Both the position numbers and the translations under genes were made by a program. Shown here piece by piece: positions 50,936-63,628 of a stretch of 64,000 nt of DNA. Positions within the stretch are counted from its first letter, which is position 1, and each line of letters opens with the position of its first letter. This DNA comes from Burkholderiales bacterium (lineage in GTDB: Bacteria; Pseudomonadota; Gammaproteobacteria; Burkholderiales; SG8-39): contig DASRKB010000169.1 in assembly GCA_035649175.1 (NCBI GenBank), positions 55,229 to 119,228 on the forward strand, in the 5' to 3' direction. The notes under the pieces were generated by a model. That model ran no database searches and was not told the DNA's origin. It saw nothing but the letters and a program-made list of their open reading frames with translations.

Positions 50936-51151
50936 CGTTTTCTTCCGCGCCTCGAGCCCGCTCATGATGCGGGTTCTTTCTTCTTCCGAGAGACTGCTCC
51001 AGCGCGCAATCTCGTCCAGCGTGCGCGCGCAGCCGAGGCAGACGCCCCGCTGCGGGTCCATCTGGCAGACGTTGACGCAGGGCGACTTCAGATCTTGAGC
51101 GCCTTGTTGACCTTCGAGGAGGGCTCGCGGCCGAGGACGCCGCAAATCCAC
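50894..51151 (-). CDS. DUF1289 family small Cys-rich protein (start uncertain)
   Basis: ..[29 protein letters not shown].. is the DUF1289 signature. There is no ATG upstream of the first Cys pair. Candidate starts are GTG 51151 and TTG 51145, both inside the liuE 3' end. Confidence 0.5.
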   Translation of the reverse strand: MDLRRPRPRALLEGQQGAQDLKSPCVNVCQMDPQRGVCLGCARTLDEIARWSSLSEEERTRIMSGLEARKKTLDIPEIAVPPLAR

Positions 51152-52017
51152 CGGCCGATGCCGACCAGCTTCTTCAGGTCCACCCCAGTCTCGACGCCGA
51201 GACCGTTCAGCATGTAGACCACATCCTCGGTCGCCACATTGCCGGAGGCGCCGGCTGCATAAGGACAACCGCCGAGCCCGGCAACCGAGGCGTCGAAGGT
51301 CGCCACGCCGAGCTCGAGCGAGGCGTAGATGTTCGCGAGCGCTTGGCCATAGGTGTCGTGGTAGTGCCCGGCGAGGTGCTCGAGCGGCACGCGCGCCGCG
51401 CACGCCTCGATCATCGCCTTGGTCTTCCCCGGCGTGCCGACGCCGATGGTGTCGCCAAGGGACACTTCGTAGCATCCCATCTCGTGCAGCGCGGCCGCCA
51501 CGTGGGCGACGCGCTCGGGCTTCACTTCGCCTTCATAGGGACAGCCCAGGACGCACGACACATAGCCTCTCGCCCGAATCCCGTCTTTGACAGCAGCTTC
51601 GACCACCGGCCGAAAGCGCTCGAGCGACTCGGCGACCGAGCAGTTGATGTTCTTCTTCGAAAAGGCTTCCGAAGCGGCCCCGAACACCGCGATCTCCGTC
51701 GCCCCCGCGGCGCGCGCCGCCTCGAATCCCTTGAGGTTGGGCGTGAGCACGGGGTAGGAGACGCCGGGTCTTCGCCGTATGCGCTCGAGCACCTCGGTAT
51801 GGTCGGCCATCTGCGGCACCCACTTCGGCGACACGAAAGCGGTGGCCTCTACCGCCGGGAGGCCGGCGTCCGCGAGCCGCTCGATCAGCTCGACCTTGAC
51901 CGCGGTCGGCAGCTCGCCCGGCTCGTTCTGCAGCCCGTCACGCGGGCCGACTTCCACCAGCCGAACGGAACCAGGGACAGACCACGTTTTCTTTGCTGCC
52001 TGCGTTGTCGTCGTCAT
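51088..52017 (-). CDS. liuE: hydroxymethylglutaryl-CoA lyase
   Basis: ..[12 protein letters not shown].. and ..[14 protein letters not shown].. motifs, in liu operon context. Confidence 0.9.
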   Translation of the reverse strand: MTTTTQAAKKTWSVPGSVRLVEVGPRDGLQNEPGELPTAVKVELIERLADAGLPAVEATAFVSPKWVPQMADHTEVLERIRRRPGVSYPVLTPNLKGFEAARAAGATEIAVFGAASEAFSKKNINCSVAESLERFRPVVEAAVKDGIRARGYVSCVLGCPYEGEVKPERVAHVAAALHEMGCYEVSLGDTIGVGTPGKTKAMIEACAARVPLEHLAGHYHDTYGQALANIYASLELGVATFDASVAGLGGCPYAAGASGNVATEDVVYMLNGLGVETGVDLKKLVGIGRWICGVLGREPSSKVNKALKI

Positions 52018-52053
52018 CGTGAAAAAGGTGGTCTGTCCCTGATTGTTGGGTCG

Positions 52054-53996
<1,943 letters not shown>

Positions 53997-54015
<19 letters not shown>

Positions 54016-54779
54016 CAGCCGGGCTTGCGCTTGTCGAGGAAGGATCCGATGCCCTCGCGCCCTTCGGTAGAGACACGGATCTCGGCGATGCGGCGCGCCG
54101 TGTCAGCCATCAAGGCGTCGTCGATGGTACGGCCCGAAACGGCGCGGATGAGGTCCTTGATGTTCTTGTGGGCTTCCGGACCGCCAGCGAGCAGGTGCCC
54201 GACGAGTCCGTCAATCGCCGCATCGAGCTCCGCGGCGGGTACGAGCAGGGACAGCATGCCGATGCGCAGCGCTTCCTCCGCTCCGAAGACCTCGGCGGTG
54301 AGGAAGTAGCGGTGCGCGGCACGCTCGCCGATCGCCCGGATCACATAGGGGCTGATGGTCGCCGGCGAGAGGCCGAGCTTCGCCTCCGAGAAGCAGAACT
54401 TCGCCTCCGGCGCGCCGACCGCAACATCGCAGGCAGCCACCAGCCCGGTGCCGCCGGCGAACGCCGGCCCATGCACCCGCGCGATGGTGGGCTGGGGCAA
54501 CCGGTCGAGCGCCGAAAGCATCTCTGCGAGCGCCGTGGCGTCGTCGAGGTTTTCCTCATGGCTGTATTGCGCCATGCGCTTCATCCAGTTGAGATCCGCG
54601 CCTGCGCAGAACGCCGGCCCGTTGCCCGCGAGCACCACGACGCGGACGGATGGATCTTTCCTGATCTCATGGAACGTCTTCTTCAGCGAACCGATCAGCG
54701 CGTCGTCGAACGCGTTGCGCACCTGTGGACGGTCGAGCGTCACCCGTGCCACGCCGCTCGCGATGTCGAGCTTCAGCAT
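53997..54779 (-). CDS. liuC: methylglutaconyl-CoA hydratase (crotonase family)
   Basis: ATG 54779. ..DRPQVRNAFD.. and ..GPAFAGGTGLVAACD.., positioned between the mccB and mccA homologues. Confidence 0.8.
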
Positions 54780-55213
54780 GGCTCCACCCGGACGTCGGTC
54801 TTCACCGAGTTGGCGATGAAGCACTTCTCGTGCGCCTTCTCGTGGAGCGCGAGGTGCTCCTCGCGCGTCGGCGTCTTGCCGGAGAACGTCACGGCTGGCC
54901 GCAGGGTCACGCGCGACATCCAGGTCTTGTCGAGAACACCCACCGCGTCGTCGACATAGCGCTCGACGACGTAGCCGGCTCGGCAGGCGATGTGCAGGAA
55001 CCAGAGCATATGGCAGGAGGATAGCGCGGCGACAAATGCCTGCTCGGGGTCGACGCCTGGGGCCTGAGGGACAGTCGAGGGAATGTTCCCCGGTGCTGCA
55101 TTTCCCTGAAGTACCAATCCATCGTGAAACCGGACGCGGTGGCTGCGCGAGTAGGTCTCGTAGCGGAACTCGCCCGAGCGCTGCCATTCCACGGTGGCGC
55201 GGTGCTCGGACAC
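54773..55213 (-). CDS. OsmC/Ohr family protein
   Basis: Two conserved Cys contexts are present (..ALSSCHMLWF.. and ..HEKCFIANS..). Confidence 0.8.
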   Translation of the reverse strand: MSEHRATVEWQRSGEFRYETYSRSHRVRFHDGLVLQGNAAPGNIPSTVPQAPGVDPEQAFVAALSSCHMLWFLHIACRAGYVVERYVDDAVGVLDKTWMSRVTLRPAVTFSGKTPTREEHLALHEKAHEKCFIANSVKTDVRVEPC

Positions 55214-55215
55214 GG

Positions 55216-56802
55216 CTACATGCGGAAGACGCCGAAGCGCGTCTTTTCGACCGGGGCGTTGAGCGCCGCGGAAAGCGCGAGTCCGAGCAGGCGGCGCGTG
55301 TCCGCGGGATCAATCACGCCGTCGTCCCATAGCCGCGCGCTCGCGTAGTAAGGATGCCCTTGCCGCTCGTACTGCTCACGGATCGGGCTCTTGAAGGCCT
55401 CCTCCTCATCCCGGGACTTGAAGGTCCCGCGTACGGTGGCGAGCACGGAGGCGGCCTGCTCGCCGCCCATGATGGAAATTCTGGCGTTGGGCCACATCCA
55501 GAGGAAGCGGGGACCGTAAGCCCGGCCGCACATGCCGTAGTTTCCGGCGCCGAAGGAGCCGCCGATGATCACGGTAAGCTTTGGCACGCCCGCCGTAGCC
55601 ACCGCGGTCACCATCTTCGCGCCGTCCTTGGCGATGCCGCCGGCCTCGTACTTCTTGCCCACCATGTAGCCGGTGATGTTCTGCAGGAAGAGCAGCGGGA
55701 TGCCCCGTTGCGCCGCGAGCTCGATGAAGTGTGCCGCCTTGAGCGAGGACTCGGAAAACAAGATGCCGTTATTCGCGAGGATGCCGACCGGATAGCCGTG
55801 CAGCCGCGCGAACCCTGTGACAAGCGTCGTGCCGTAGTTCTGCTTGAACTCGTCGAGCTCCGAGCCGTCGACGAGCCGCGCGATGATCTCGCGCACGTCG
55901 TAGGGCTTGCGCGGGTCTGCCGGGATCACGCCATAGAGCTCCTGCGCGGCGTAGAGCGGCTCGCGCGGCTCGCGCACATCCAGGGCGACCGATTTCACCG
56001 AATTGAGATTCGAGATGATCTTCCGCACGATTGCGAGCGCGTGCTCTTCGTTCTGCGCGTAGTGGTCGGCGACACCCGAGACGCGCGTGTGGACCTCGGC
56101 GCCGCCCAGCTCCTCGGCGGTGACGACTTCGCCCGTCGCCGCTTTCACGAGCGGCGGGCCGCCGAGGAATATCGTGCCCTGACCGCGCACGATGACCGTC
56201 TCGTCGGACATGGCCGGAACGTAGGCGCCGCCCGCGGTGCACGAGCCCATGACGCAGGCAATCTGCGGGATGCCGGCCGCCGACAGGTTTGCGATGTTGT
56301 AGAAGATGCGCCCGAAGTGCTCCCGGTCGGGAAAGACGTTGTCCTGCTCCGGCAGGTAGCCGCCGCCGGAGTCGACGAGGTAGATGCACGGCAGCCTGTT
56401 CTGCGCGGCGACTTCCTGCGCGCGCAGGTGCTTCTTCACCGTCATCGGGTAGTAGGTGCCGCCCTTGATGGTGGCGTCGTTTGCTACGACGACGCACTCG
56501 CGCCCGGACACGCGCCCGATGCCGCAGATGATCGACGCCGAGTGCACGTCCCCGCTGTACATGCCCCAGCCTGCGAGCTGGCCGATCTCGAGGAAAGGCG
56601 AGCCGGGATCGAGCAGATTGCGCACGCGCTCGCGCGGCAGCATCTTGCCGCGCGAGAGATGCTTCTCGCGCGCGGCCTTGTCTCCGCCCTGAGTCACGAC
56701 CGAGACCTTCTCCTTCAGGTCGGAGACGAGTTCGCTCATGCGCTCGGCGTTGGTGCGGAACTCCGCCGAGCGGGGGTTGAGCTGAGAAGAAATCGCGCTC
56801 AC
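55216..56802 (-). CDS. liuB: 3-methylcrotonyl-CoA carboxylase beta (carboxyltransferase) subunit
   Basis: A 528-aa carboxyltransferase with ..[14 protein letters not shown].. and ..[16 protein letters not shown].. Confidence 0.9.
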   Translation of the reverse strand: MSAISSQLNPRSAEFRTNAERMSELVSDLKEKVSVVTQGGDKAAREKHLSRGKMLPRERVRNLLDPGSPFLEIGQLAGWGMYSGDVHSASIICGIGRVSGRECVVVANDATIKGGTYYPMTVKKHLRAQEVAAQNRLPCIYLVDSGGGYLPEQDNVFPDREHFGRIFYNIANLSAAGIPQIACVMGSCTAGGAYVPAMSDETVIVRGQGTIFLGGPPLVKAATGEVVTAEELGGAEVHTRVSGVADHYAQNEEHALAIVRKIISNLNSVKSVALDVREPREPLYAAQELYGVIPADPRKPYDVREIIARLVDGSELDEFKQNYGTTLVTGFARLHGYPVGILANNGILFSESSLKAAHFIELAAQRGIPLLFLQNITGYMVGKKYEAGGIAKDGAKMVTAVATAGVPKLTVIIGGSFGAGNYGMCGRAYGPRFLWMWPNARISIMGGEQAASVLATVRGTFKSRDEEEAFKSPIREQYERQGHPYYASARLWDDGVIDPADTRRLLGLALSAALNAPVEKTRFGVFRM

Positions 56803-57923
56803 CCGACCAGCGCCCGCCCGATCACCATGCGCTGGATGTCGTTCGCGCCCTCGTAGATCTTCGTCACTCGCACGTCGCGCCAGAGCCGCTCCACCGGAAA
56901 GTCCTCTACGTAGCCGTAGCCGCCGTGGATCTGGATCGCGTCCGAGCAGACCTTCTCGGCGATCTCGGAGGCGAAAAGCTTCGCCATGGAGGCCTCCTTG
57001 AGGCAGGGCTCGCCTGCGTCGCGCAGGCTCGCTGCGTGAAGGTAGAGCTGGCGTGCAGCCTCCACCCGCGTCGCCATGTCTGCCAGGCAGAAGCTCACCG
57101 CCTGGTGCTCGGCGAGCACCTTGCCCATGCTCTTGCGCTCGCGCGCGTACGCGATGGCCGCCTCGAGCGCGGCGCGCGCCACGCCGGTCGCTTGCGCCGC
57201 GACGTTGATGCGGCCGGACTCGAGATTCGCGAGCGCGATGCGGTAGCCCGCGCCTTCCTGGGCGAGCAGGTAGTCCGCCGGGACCTTGCAGTTCTCGAGC
57301 ACGATCTGCGCCGTGTCGGAGGCGCGCTGGCCGGTCTTATCTTCGATGCGCGCCACCACGTAGCCCGGCGTCTTGGTCGGCACGAGGAAGGCGCTGATGC
57401 CCTTCTTGCCCGCGCTCTTGTCCGTCACGGCGAAAACGACCGCGACGTCAGCGGTCTTGCCTGAGGTGATGAACTGCTTCACGCCATTCAGTACGTAGTG
57501 TCCCCCCTGCCTCTCGGCGCGCGTGGTGATGGCGGAGGCGTCCGAACCGGCCTGGGGTTCGGTCAGCGCAAAAGCGCCGAGGCCTTCTCCTGAGCAGAGC
57601 TTCTTGAGGTGAAGTGCTTTCTGGGCGTCATTCCCATAGCCGGCAATGATGCCGGCGACGAGGTTGTTTACCATCACGATGGTGCAGGTAGCGCAGTCGC
57701 CGGCGGCAATCTCTTCGCAGGCGACCGCGAGAGCCGTGTAGCCGAGGCCCGCACCGCCCCACTGCTCCGGGATCGCCACGGCGTAGAGCCCCAGGCCGGC
57801 GATGCCCTGCAGCGCCTCGCGCGGGAACGCCTTCTCGCGATCCCAGCGCGCGGCGTGCGGCGCAAGCTGCTCGCGCGCGAAGCGTCGTACCGCTTCGCGG
57901 ATCTCCTCAGCCGGGGCGGACAT
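56799..57923 (-). CDS. acyl-CoA dehydrogenase (short/branched-chain type)
   Basis: ATG 57923. ..[11 protein letters not shown].. and ..[15 protein letters not shown].. motifs. Confidence 0.9.
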   Translation of the reverse strand: MSAPAEEIREAVRRFAREQLAPHAARWDREKAFPREALQGIAGLGLYAVAIPEQWGGAGLGYTALAVACEEIAAGDCATCTIVMVNNLVAGIIAGYGNDAQKALHLKKLCSGEGLGAFALTEPQAGSDASAITTRAERQGGHYVLNGVKQFITSGKTADVAVVFAVTDKSAGKKGISAFLVPTKTPGYVVARIEDKTGQRASDTAQIVLENCKVPADYLLAQEGAGYRIALANLESGRINVAAQATGVARAALEAAIAYARERKSMGKVLAEHQAVSFCLADMATRVEAARQLYLHAASLRDAGEPCLKEASMAKLFASEIAEKVCSDAIQIHGGYGYVEDFPVERLWRDVRVTKIYEGANDIQRMVIGRALVG

Positions 57924-58302
57924 AGGTGAGCGTGTGGTGGCTGTAGAGTCCGCCGCGCTTCCCGTGGCATTCCGCCACGCCGTAAATGCGTCGGCGGCCG
58001 AGGTTGAGGATGGTCGCGCTGCAGAACACGTGCTCGCCCTTCGCCGGGGCGAGGAAGGCGGTGTTGAGCTCGGAAGTAAGCGCGTCGCTTTCGATGCCGA
58101 TCTTCGCCTTGATCGCAAGCCACATCGCGCAGTCGGCTGCGGCTACGAGCGCCGGGCCGTTGATGATGCCCCCCGGGCGCTCGAGCGCCGCCCGGTGCGG
58201 AAGCTCGATGGTGCACTTCCCCCTTCCGGCCGAGACCACCCGGAAGCCGTAGTGACGGATGAAGCGCGAGCGGTCGAGAAGTGCCTGCAGTTGCTTTCTC
58301 AA
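57907..58302 (-). CDS. PaaI-family (hotdog) thioesterase
   Basis: ..GIINGPALVAAADCAM.. hotdog motif; 131 aa. Confidence 0.75.
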   Translation of the reverse strand: MRKQLQALLDRSRFIRHYGFRVVSAGRGKCTIELPHRAALERPGGIINGPALVAAADCAMWLAIKAKIGIESDALTSELNTAFLAPAKGEHVFCSATILNLGRRRIYGVAECHGKRGGLYSHHTLTYVRPG

Positions 58303-58315
58303 GCCGGTGCCTTCT

Positions 58316-59500
58316 TCACGCGAGCTCGATCGCCATCGCGGTGGCTTCTCCGCCGCCGATGCAAAGGCTTGCCATGCCTTTGCGCAGGCCGCGCTTCCTG
58401 AGCGCGCCGAGGAGCGTCACCAGGATTCGCGCGCCGGAGGCGCCGATCGGATGCCCGAGCGCGCAGGCGCCGCCGTGCACGTTCACCTTGTCGTGCGGCA
58501 GGCCGTGCTCCTTCATCGCTGCCATCGTGACGACGGCGAATGCCTCGTTGATCTCGTAGAGGTCGACGTCCTTCGCGCTCCAGCCCACCTTCTCGAAGAG
58601 CTTCTTCATCGCGCCGACCGGCGCGGTGGTAAACCACCCGGGTTCCTGGGCATGCGTCGCATGGCCCGCGACCAGGGCGATTGGCGTAAGGCCACGCTTC
58701 TCTGCGGCCGAGCGGCGCATCATCACCAGCGCCGCCGCGCCATCGGAGATCGAGCTCGAATTGGCCGCGGTCACCGTGCCGTCTTTGCGGAAGGCCGGCT
58801 TGAACGACGGGATCCTCTCCAGGTTCGCCTTGAACGGTGGCTCGTCGGTCTCGATGAACTTCTCGTCCTTGCCTGACTTGACCGCGATCGGCGTGGTCTC
58901 CCAGGCGAACCAGCCTTCCCTGTTCGCTTGCTGTGCTCTCTTCAAGGACTGAATCGCGAATGCGTCTTGCGCTTCACGGGTGAACTGGTACTTCGCGGCG
59001 CAATCCTCCGCGAAGGTGCCCATGAGGCGGCCCTTGTCGTAGGCGTCCTCGAGTCCGTCGTAGAACATGTGGTCGATCACCTGGCCGTGGCCCATGCGCA
59101 GGCCGGCGCGCGCCTTGGGAAGGAGGTACGGCGCATTGGTCATGGATTCCATGCCCCCGGCGACGATCACTTCGCCGTTCCCCGAGAGAAGAAGATCGTG
59201 GGCAAACATCGCTGCCTTCATGCCGGATCCGCACATCTTGTTGATGGTGGTGCAGCCGGTGGCGAGCGGCAGGCTGGCGCCGAGGGAAGCCTGGCGCGCC
59301 GGCGCCTGTCCCTGGCCGGCCGGCAGCACGCAGCCCATGATGACTTCCTGAACGTCCTCGGGCTTGAGCTTCGCGCGCTCCACCGCGGCGCGGATCGCCG
59401 CGGCGCCGAGCGCCGGGGCGGCGAAGCCCTTGAGCTCACCCTGGAAGGCACCCATCGGTGTGCGGGCGGCGGAAACGATGACGATCGGATCAGGAATCAC
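58316..59500 (-). CDS. acetyl-CoA C-acetyltransferase (thiolase II)
   Basis: The active-site Cys region ..INKMCGSGMKA.., plus ..NVHGGACALGHPIGASG.. and ..CIGGGEA.. Confidence 0.9.
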   Translation of the reverse strand: MIPDPIVIVSAARTPMGAFQGELKGFAAPALGAAAIRAAVERAKLKPEDVQEVIMGCVLPAGQGQAPARQASLGASLPLATGCTTINKMCGSGMKAAMFAHDLLLSGNGEVIVAGGMESMTNAPYLLPKARAGLRMGHGQVIDHMFYDGLEDAYDKGRLMGTFAEDCAAKYQFTREAQDAFAIQSLKRAQQANREGWFAWETTPIAVKSGKDEKFIETDEPPFKANLERIPSFKPAFRKDGTVTAANSSSISDGAAALVMMRRSAAEKRGLTPIALVAGHATHAQEPGWFTTAPVGAMKKLFEKVGWSAKDVDLYEINEAFAVVTMAAMKEHGLPHDKVNVHGGACALGHPIGASGARILVTLLGALRKRGLRKGMASLCIGGGEATAMAIELA

Positions 59501-60575
59501 TTAGGGCTCCTTTCAGGTGGCGGATCGCTTCGGCGGTTTCGGCTTCGAGCGTCGCGACGAGCTCCGCCGCGGGCAGCGCGCGTGCGAGGGGCGCAGCCTG
59601 CCCGGCCCACATCGCGACGAAGTCCGGTTTGCCCGCTTTCGCGGACGCGGCGCGGAGGTTGGCCGTGACGTAGTGTTGAGCCGGGAACGCGAGGTACGGT
59701 GCGTCGGCGAGCTCGCGCACGAGGCGGTTGACGAGGGCCCGCGCGGGCTTGCCGGAGAATTTCACGGTAATACGGGTTTCGTCTTCACTTGTTCGGGTCA
59801 GGTGATCTTTGTGCACTTGAGGAGCACCGCTCTCCGGGCAGGCGAGGAAAGCGGTGCCGAGCTGCGCAGCCTGCGCGCCGAGCGCGAGGACCGCGGCGAT
59901 GCCGGCGCCGTCCATGATGCCGCCGGCGGCGACCACCGGGATCTTCACCGCGCGCACGACAAGGCGCGTCAGCGCAAGCGTGCCCGTCATCGCGTCCTGA
60001 GGGTCCCGCAGGTAAGTGCCACGATGCCCGCCTGCCTCGCCGCCCTGCGCGATGACGAAATCGAAGCCCGCGCGCTCCAGCGCTTGTGCCTCCGCGACGC
60101 ACGTGGCGCTGCCTCCGATCACGATGCCCACGCTTCTCAGCTTCTTGACGCGTTCCGGGGCAAGGGACCCCAGGTGCACCGTGAACACCTTGGGCCGGAG
60201 CTTCTCCACCGCCCCGATCTGCGCCTCGAGGTCCGGCGCGTAGGGCGCGGCAACCGGGGTTGGCGCCGGGAGCCCGAGCTCGGTGTAGTAGTGCGCCACC
60301 GCGTTCAGCGCACCGCGCTGCGAGGCCGCGTCGATAGGCGCGGGCAACGGGGATACGATGAGGTTGATGCCGATCGGCTGGTCGGTCTGCTGGCGCACCC
60401 AAGCGACCTGACTCTTCATCTCGTCGGGCTGGGTAGAAGCAAAGCCGAACGAGCCGAGCGCGCCCGCCGCCGAGCACGCGGCGACGAGCTCCTGCGAGCT
60501 CGCTCCGCCGGCCATGGGAGCCTGGATAACCGGAACGCGGAGTCCGAGCCGCTTGGTGAGTTCAGTAGTAATCAT
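59490..60575 (-). CDS. nitronate monooxygenase / NAD(P)H-dependent flavin oxidoreductase (NMO family)
   Basis: ..[11 protein letters not shown].. and ..[13 protein letters not shown].. motifs. Confidence 0.85.
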   Translation of the reverse strand: MITTELTKRLGLRVPVIQAPMAGGASSQELVAACSAAGALGSFGFASTQPDEMKSQVAWVRQQTDQPIGINLIVSPLPAPIDAASQRGALNAVAHYYTELGLPAPTPVAAPYAPDLEAQIGAVEKLRPKVFTVHLGSLAPERVKKLRSVGIVIGGSATCVAEAQALERAGFDFVIAQGGEAGGHRGTYLRDPQDAMTGTLALTRLVVRAVKIPVVAAGGIMDGAGIAAVLALGAQAAQLGTAFLACPESGAPQVHKDHLTRTSEDETRITVKFSGKPARALVNRLVRELADAPYLAFPAQHYVTANLRAASAKAGKPDFVAMWAGQAAPLARALPAAELVATLEAETAEAIRHLKGALSDS

Positions 60576-61714
60576 TTCGTTTCCGCGAAAAGCTCGCGCC
60601 CGATCAGCCAGCGTCGGATCTCGGAAGTGCCCGCGCCGATCTCGTAGAGCTTGGCGTCGCGCCAGAGCCGGCCGGTGGGCGTCTCGTTGATGTAGCCCAT
60701 GCCGCCGAGGGCCTGGATCGCCTCGCCGGCCATCCAGGTCGCCTTCTCGGCGGCGTACAGGATCGCCCCTGCGGCGTCCTTGCGGGTGGTTTCGTTGCGG
60801 TCGAGTGCCTGCGCCACCGCGTAGACATAGGCGCGACAGGCGGAAAAGGTGGTGTACATGTCGGCGAGCTTGCCCTGCATGAGCTGGAACTCGCCGATCG
60901 GCTGTCCAAACTGCTTGCGCTCGTGCACGTAGGGGATCACGACGTCGAGGCAGGCGGCCATGATACCGAGTGGACCGCCGGCGAGCACCGCGCGCTCGTA
61001 GTCGAGACCGGACATAAGCACCTTCACGCCCTTGCCTTCCTCGCCCAAAACATGGTCCATTGATACTTCACAATCCCTGAACACGAGCTCGCACGTGTTC
61101 GACCCGCGCATGCCGAGCTTGTCGAGCTTCTGCGCTGTGGTGAATCCCTTCATCCCTTTCTCGATGAGGAACGTGGTGATGCCGCTTTCCCCTTTTCCAT
61201 AGACAACAAGGACGTCGGCGTCCGGCCCGTTGGTGATCCACATCTTGTTGCCGTTCAGGACGTAGCGATCTCCCCGACGCTCGGCGCGCAGCTTCATGCC
61301 GACGACATCGGAGCCGGCGCCAGGCTCGGACATCGCCAGCGCGCCGACGTGCTCGCCGGAGACGAGTCTCGGCAGGTACTTCTCCTTCTGCGCCTGAGAG
61401 CCGTTGCGGCGGATCTGGTTCACGCAAAGGTTCGAGTGTGCGCCGTAGGAGAGGCCGATCGAGGCCGAGGCGCGCGAAATCTCCTCCATGGCGATCACGT
61501 GCGCCAGGTAGCCCATCGCCGTGCCGCCGTATTCCTCCTCGACCGTGATGCCGAGGACGCCGAGCGAGCCGAGCTTGCGCCACAGGTCCGACGGGAACTG
61601 GTTCGTGCTGTCGATCTCCGCCGCGCGCGGCGCGATCTCCTTCGCGGCGAACCCGCGCACCGAATCGCGCAGCATGGCGATGTCCTCGCCGTGGTCGAAC
61701 TGCAGTGTACTCAT
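60572..61714 (-). CDS. liuA: isovaleryl-CoA dehydrogenase
   Basis: ..[11 protein letters not shown].. and ..[21 protein letters not shown].. A high-similarity pattern to IVD, in liu context. Confidence 0.9.
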   Translation of the reverse strand: MSTLQFDHGEDIAMLRDSVRGFAAKEIAPRAAEIDSTNQFPSDLWRKLGSLGVLGITVEEEYGGTAMGYLAHVIAMEEISRASASIGLSYGAHSNLCVNQIRRNGSQAQKEKYLPRLVSGEHVGALAMSEPGAGSDVVGMKLRAERRGDRYVLNGNKMWITNGPDADVLVVYGKGESGITTFLIEKGMKGFTTAQKLDKLGMRGSNTCELVFRDCEVSMDHVLGEEGKGVKVLMSGLDYERAVLAGGPLGIMAACLDVVIPYVHERKQFGQPIGEFQLMQGKLADMYTTFSACRAYVYAVAQALDRNETTRKDAAGAILYAAEKATWMAGEAIQALGGMGYINETPTGRLWRDAKLYEIGAGTSEIRRWLIGRELFAETK

Positions 61715-62148
61715 TCGGGCGTGTCGGGGGTATCGGGCAGCATCATCAGCGTCTGCTGCATGGTGGCGATGTGCTTGCCGTCCTCAGCGTACACCTCTCC
61801 GCGCGTCACCGTCAGCGTGCGCCCGGTCTTCACTACCTCCCCGCGCGCGACGAGCGACCTGCGCGCCGAGGCGAGGATGTTGATTTTGTACTCCACGGTG
61901 ACAAGCGAAGATCCGGCGGGCATGAGCGAGAAGGCGGCGTAGCCGCAGGCGGTGTCGGCGATCATGCCGATGATGCCGCCGTGCACGAAGCCCTTCTGCT
62001 GGGTCAGGTCCTCGCGGTACGCGAGGGTGATCTCGGTCGCGCCCGGCTCGACCGACGCGAGCTTCGCCCCGATCAGCGCCATCGCCTTCTGGCGACCGAA
62101 GCTTTCCCGGATGCGGGTCGCGAAATGGGGATCGGCGGGGGCGTTCAT
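61711..62148 (-). CDS. PaaI-family (hotdog) thioesterase
   Basis: ..[17 protein letters not shown].. motif. It is the first gene downstream of the palindrome. Confidence 0.75.
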   Translation of the reverse strand: MNAPADPHFATRIRESFGRQKAMALIGAKLASVEPGATEITLAYREDLTQQKGFVHGGIIGMIADTACGYAAFSLMPAGSSLVTVEYKINILASARRSLVARGEVVKTGRTLTVTRGEVYAEDGKHIATMQQTLMMLPDTPDTPE

Positions 62149-62177
62149 GGGGAAGGAGCGAAGGGGGAAGAGGCTAC

Positions 62178-62199
62178 TTGACGTTTACGTAAACGTCAA
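62178..62199. promoter_or_regulatory. 22-bp perfect palindrome TTGACGTTTACGTAAACGTCAA, candidate LiuR operator/promoter of the liu operon
   Basis: Identical to 32319..32340. Read on the minus strand, TTGACG is followed 17 nt later by TAGCCT (62176..62171). Confidence 0.6.
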
Positions 62200-62205
62200 C
62201 CCTGT

Positions 62206-62589
62206 CTACCTCTGGCGCAGCTGTTTTCTCACGCGCTTCTCGAAGGCGTCGAGCTCGCCGAGCTGCGCCTCGATGTCGGCACGCTGCTGCAGGAGGCTCG
62301 CCTTGTGGGATTCCAGTACCGAGAGGAAGCGCTCGAGCTGCGGGCGCTCGTCGCGCCCCGGCTCGTACATGTCGATGAGCTCGCGGATCTCGGAGAGCGT
62401 CAGCCCCAGCCGCTTGCCGCGCAGCGTGAGCTTGAGCCGGGTGCGGTCGCGCGCGGTGTAGACGCGTCGCTGGCCTTCGCGGCGCGGCGTGAGCAGGCCC
62501 TGGTCCTCGTAGAAGCGGATCGCGCGCGGCGTGACGTCGAACTCGCGCGCGAGCTCGCTGATCGAAAACTCGGCGCGTTCCGTTTCCAT
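62206..62589 (-). CDS. liuR: MerR-family transcriptional regulator LiuR
   Basis: ..FSISELAREFDVTPRAIRFYEDQGLL.. HTH and a coiled-coil C-terminus, adjacent to the ivd/mcc genes. Confidence 0.8.
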   Translation of the reverse strand: METERAEFSISELAREFDVTPRAIRFYEDQGLLTPRREGQRRVYTARDRTRLKLTLRGKRLGLTLSEIRELIDMYEPGRDERPQLERFLSVLESHKASLLQQRADIEAQLGELDAFEKRVRKQLRQR

Positions 62590-62614
62590 GGTAAGGTCGA
62601 ATCGATTCTAGCTG

Positions 62615-63628
62615 ATGTCATCTCTCGAATACCCGTTCCCCGAGATTCCCGCCCCCGGCACCACGCGCGAAGTCGCGCCGGGAATCCACTGGCTGTCGAT
62701 GCCGCTGCCGTTCCAGCTCGACCACATCAACCTGTGGCTGATCGAGGAAGACGGCGGCTGGACGGTCGTCGACACGGGAATCGGCAATGCGCAAACCCGC
62801 GGCCTCTGGGAGAAGATCCTCGAGGGAAAGAAGGTCGCGCGCGTGATCGTCACGCACTACCATCCCGACCACGCGGGTAACGCGGCGTGGCTCTGCCAGC
62901 GCTCCGGCGCCGAGCTGTGGATGACGCAGGGCGAGTACCTGACCGCGCACGCGGTGCGAACCAGCACTGCGGGCTACACGGCCGACGCGGTGCTTGCGGT
63001 GTTCCGCCGCAACGGCCTGGACGAGAAGCGCGCCGCCGCGATGGCGGGCGGGCGCAACCGCTACGCCGCCCTGGTGCCCGAGTTTCCCTTTTCCTACCGC
63101 CGCATCATCGAAGGCGACGAGGTGCCGATCGGCGGGCAGCGCTGGCGGGCCATCATCGGCCATGGCCATGCGCCCGAGCACCTGTCGCTCTTCTCGAGAG
63201 CGGCCAACGTCCTGATCGCGGGCGACATGCTGCTTTCCACCATCTCGACCAACGTGAGCGTCTGGTCGATCGACCCGGAGGGCGACCCGCTGCGCCTGTT
63301 CCTCGATTCCGTGGCCCGCTACCGCGACCTGCCGGAGGACGTCCTGGTGCTTCCCTCGCACGGCAAGCCTTTCCGCGGCGCCCACCGGCGCATCGAGGAG
63401 CTGGACTCGCACCACAGGGAACGCCTTGGCGAGCTGACCGAATCCATCCGGGAAAAACCGAAAAGCGCATTCGAGTTGCTGGGCGTGCTCTTCCGCAGGC
63501 CGCTCGACGCGCACCAGACCTTCTTCGCCATGGGCGAGGCGATAGCCCACCTGCACTACCTGTACTATGCGGGCCGGGCAAAGCGCGCCGTCGATCCCGA
63601 TGGCATCATGAGATATGCAGCCGGCTGA
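62615..63628 (+). CDS. MBL-fold metallo-hydrolase
   Basis: ..VIVTHYHPDHAGN.. (HxHxDH) and ..IIGHGHAPEH.. Confidence 0.85.
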   Translation: MSSLEYPFPEIPAPGTTREVAPGIHWLSMPLPFQLDHINLWLIEEDGGWTVVDTGIGNAQTRGLWEKILEGKKVARVIVTHYHPDHAGNAAWLCQRSGAELWMTQGEYLTAHAVRTSTAGYTADAVLAVFRRNGLDEKRAAAMAGGRNRYAALVPEFPFSYRRIIEGDEVPIGGQRWRAIIGHGHAPEHLSLFSRAANVLIAGDMLLSTISTNVSVWSIDPEGDPLRLFLDSVARYRDLPEDVLVLPSHGKPFRGAHRRIEELDSHHRERLGELTESIREKPKSAFELLGVLFRRPLDAHQTFFAMGEAIAHLHYLYYAGRAKRAVDPDGIMRYAAG

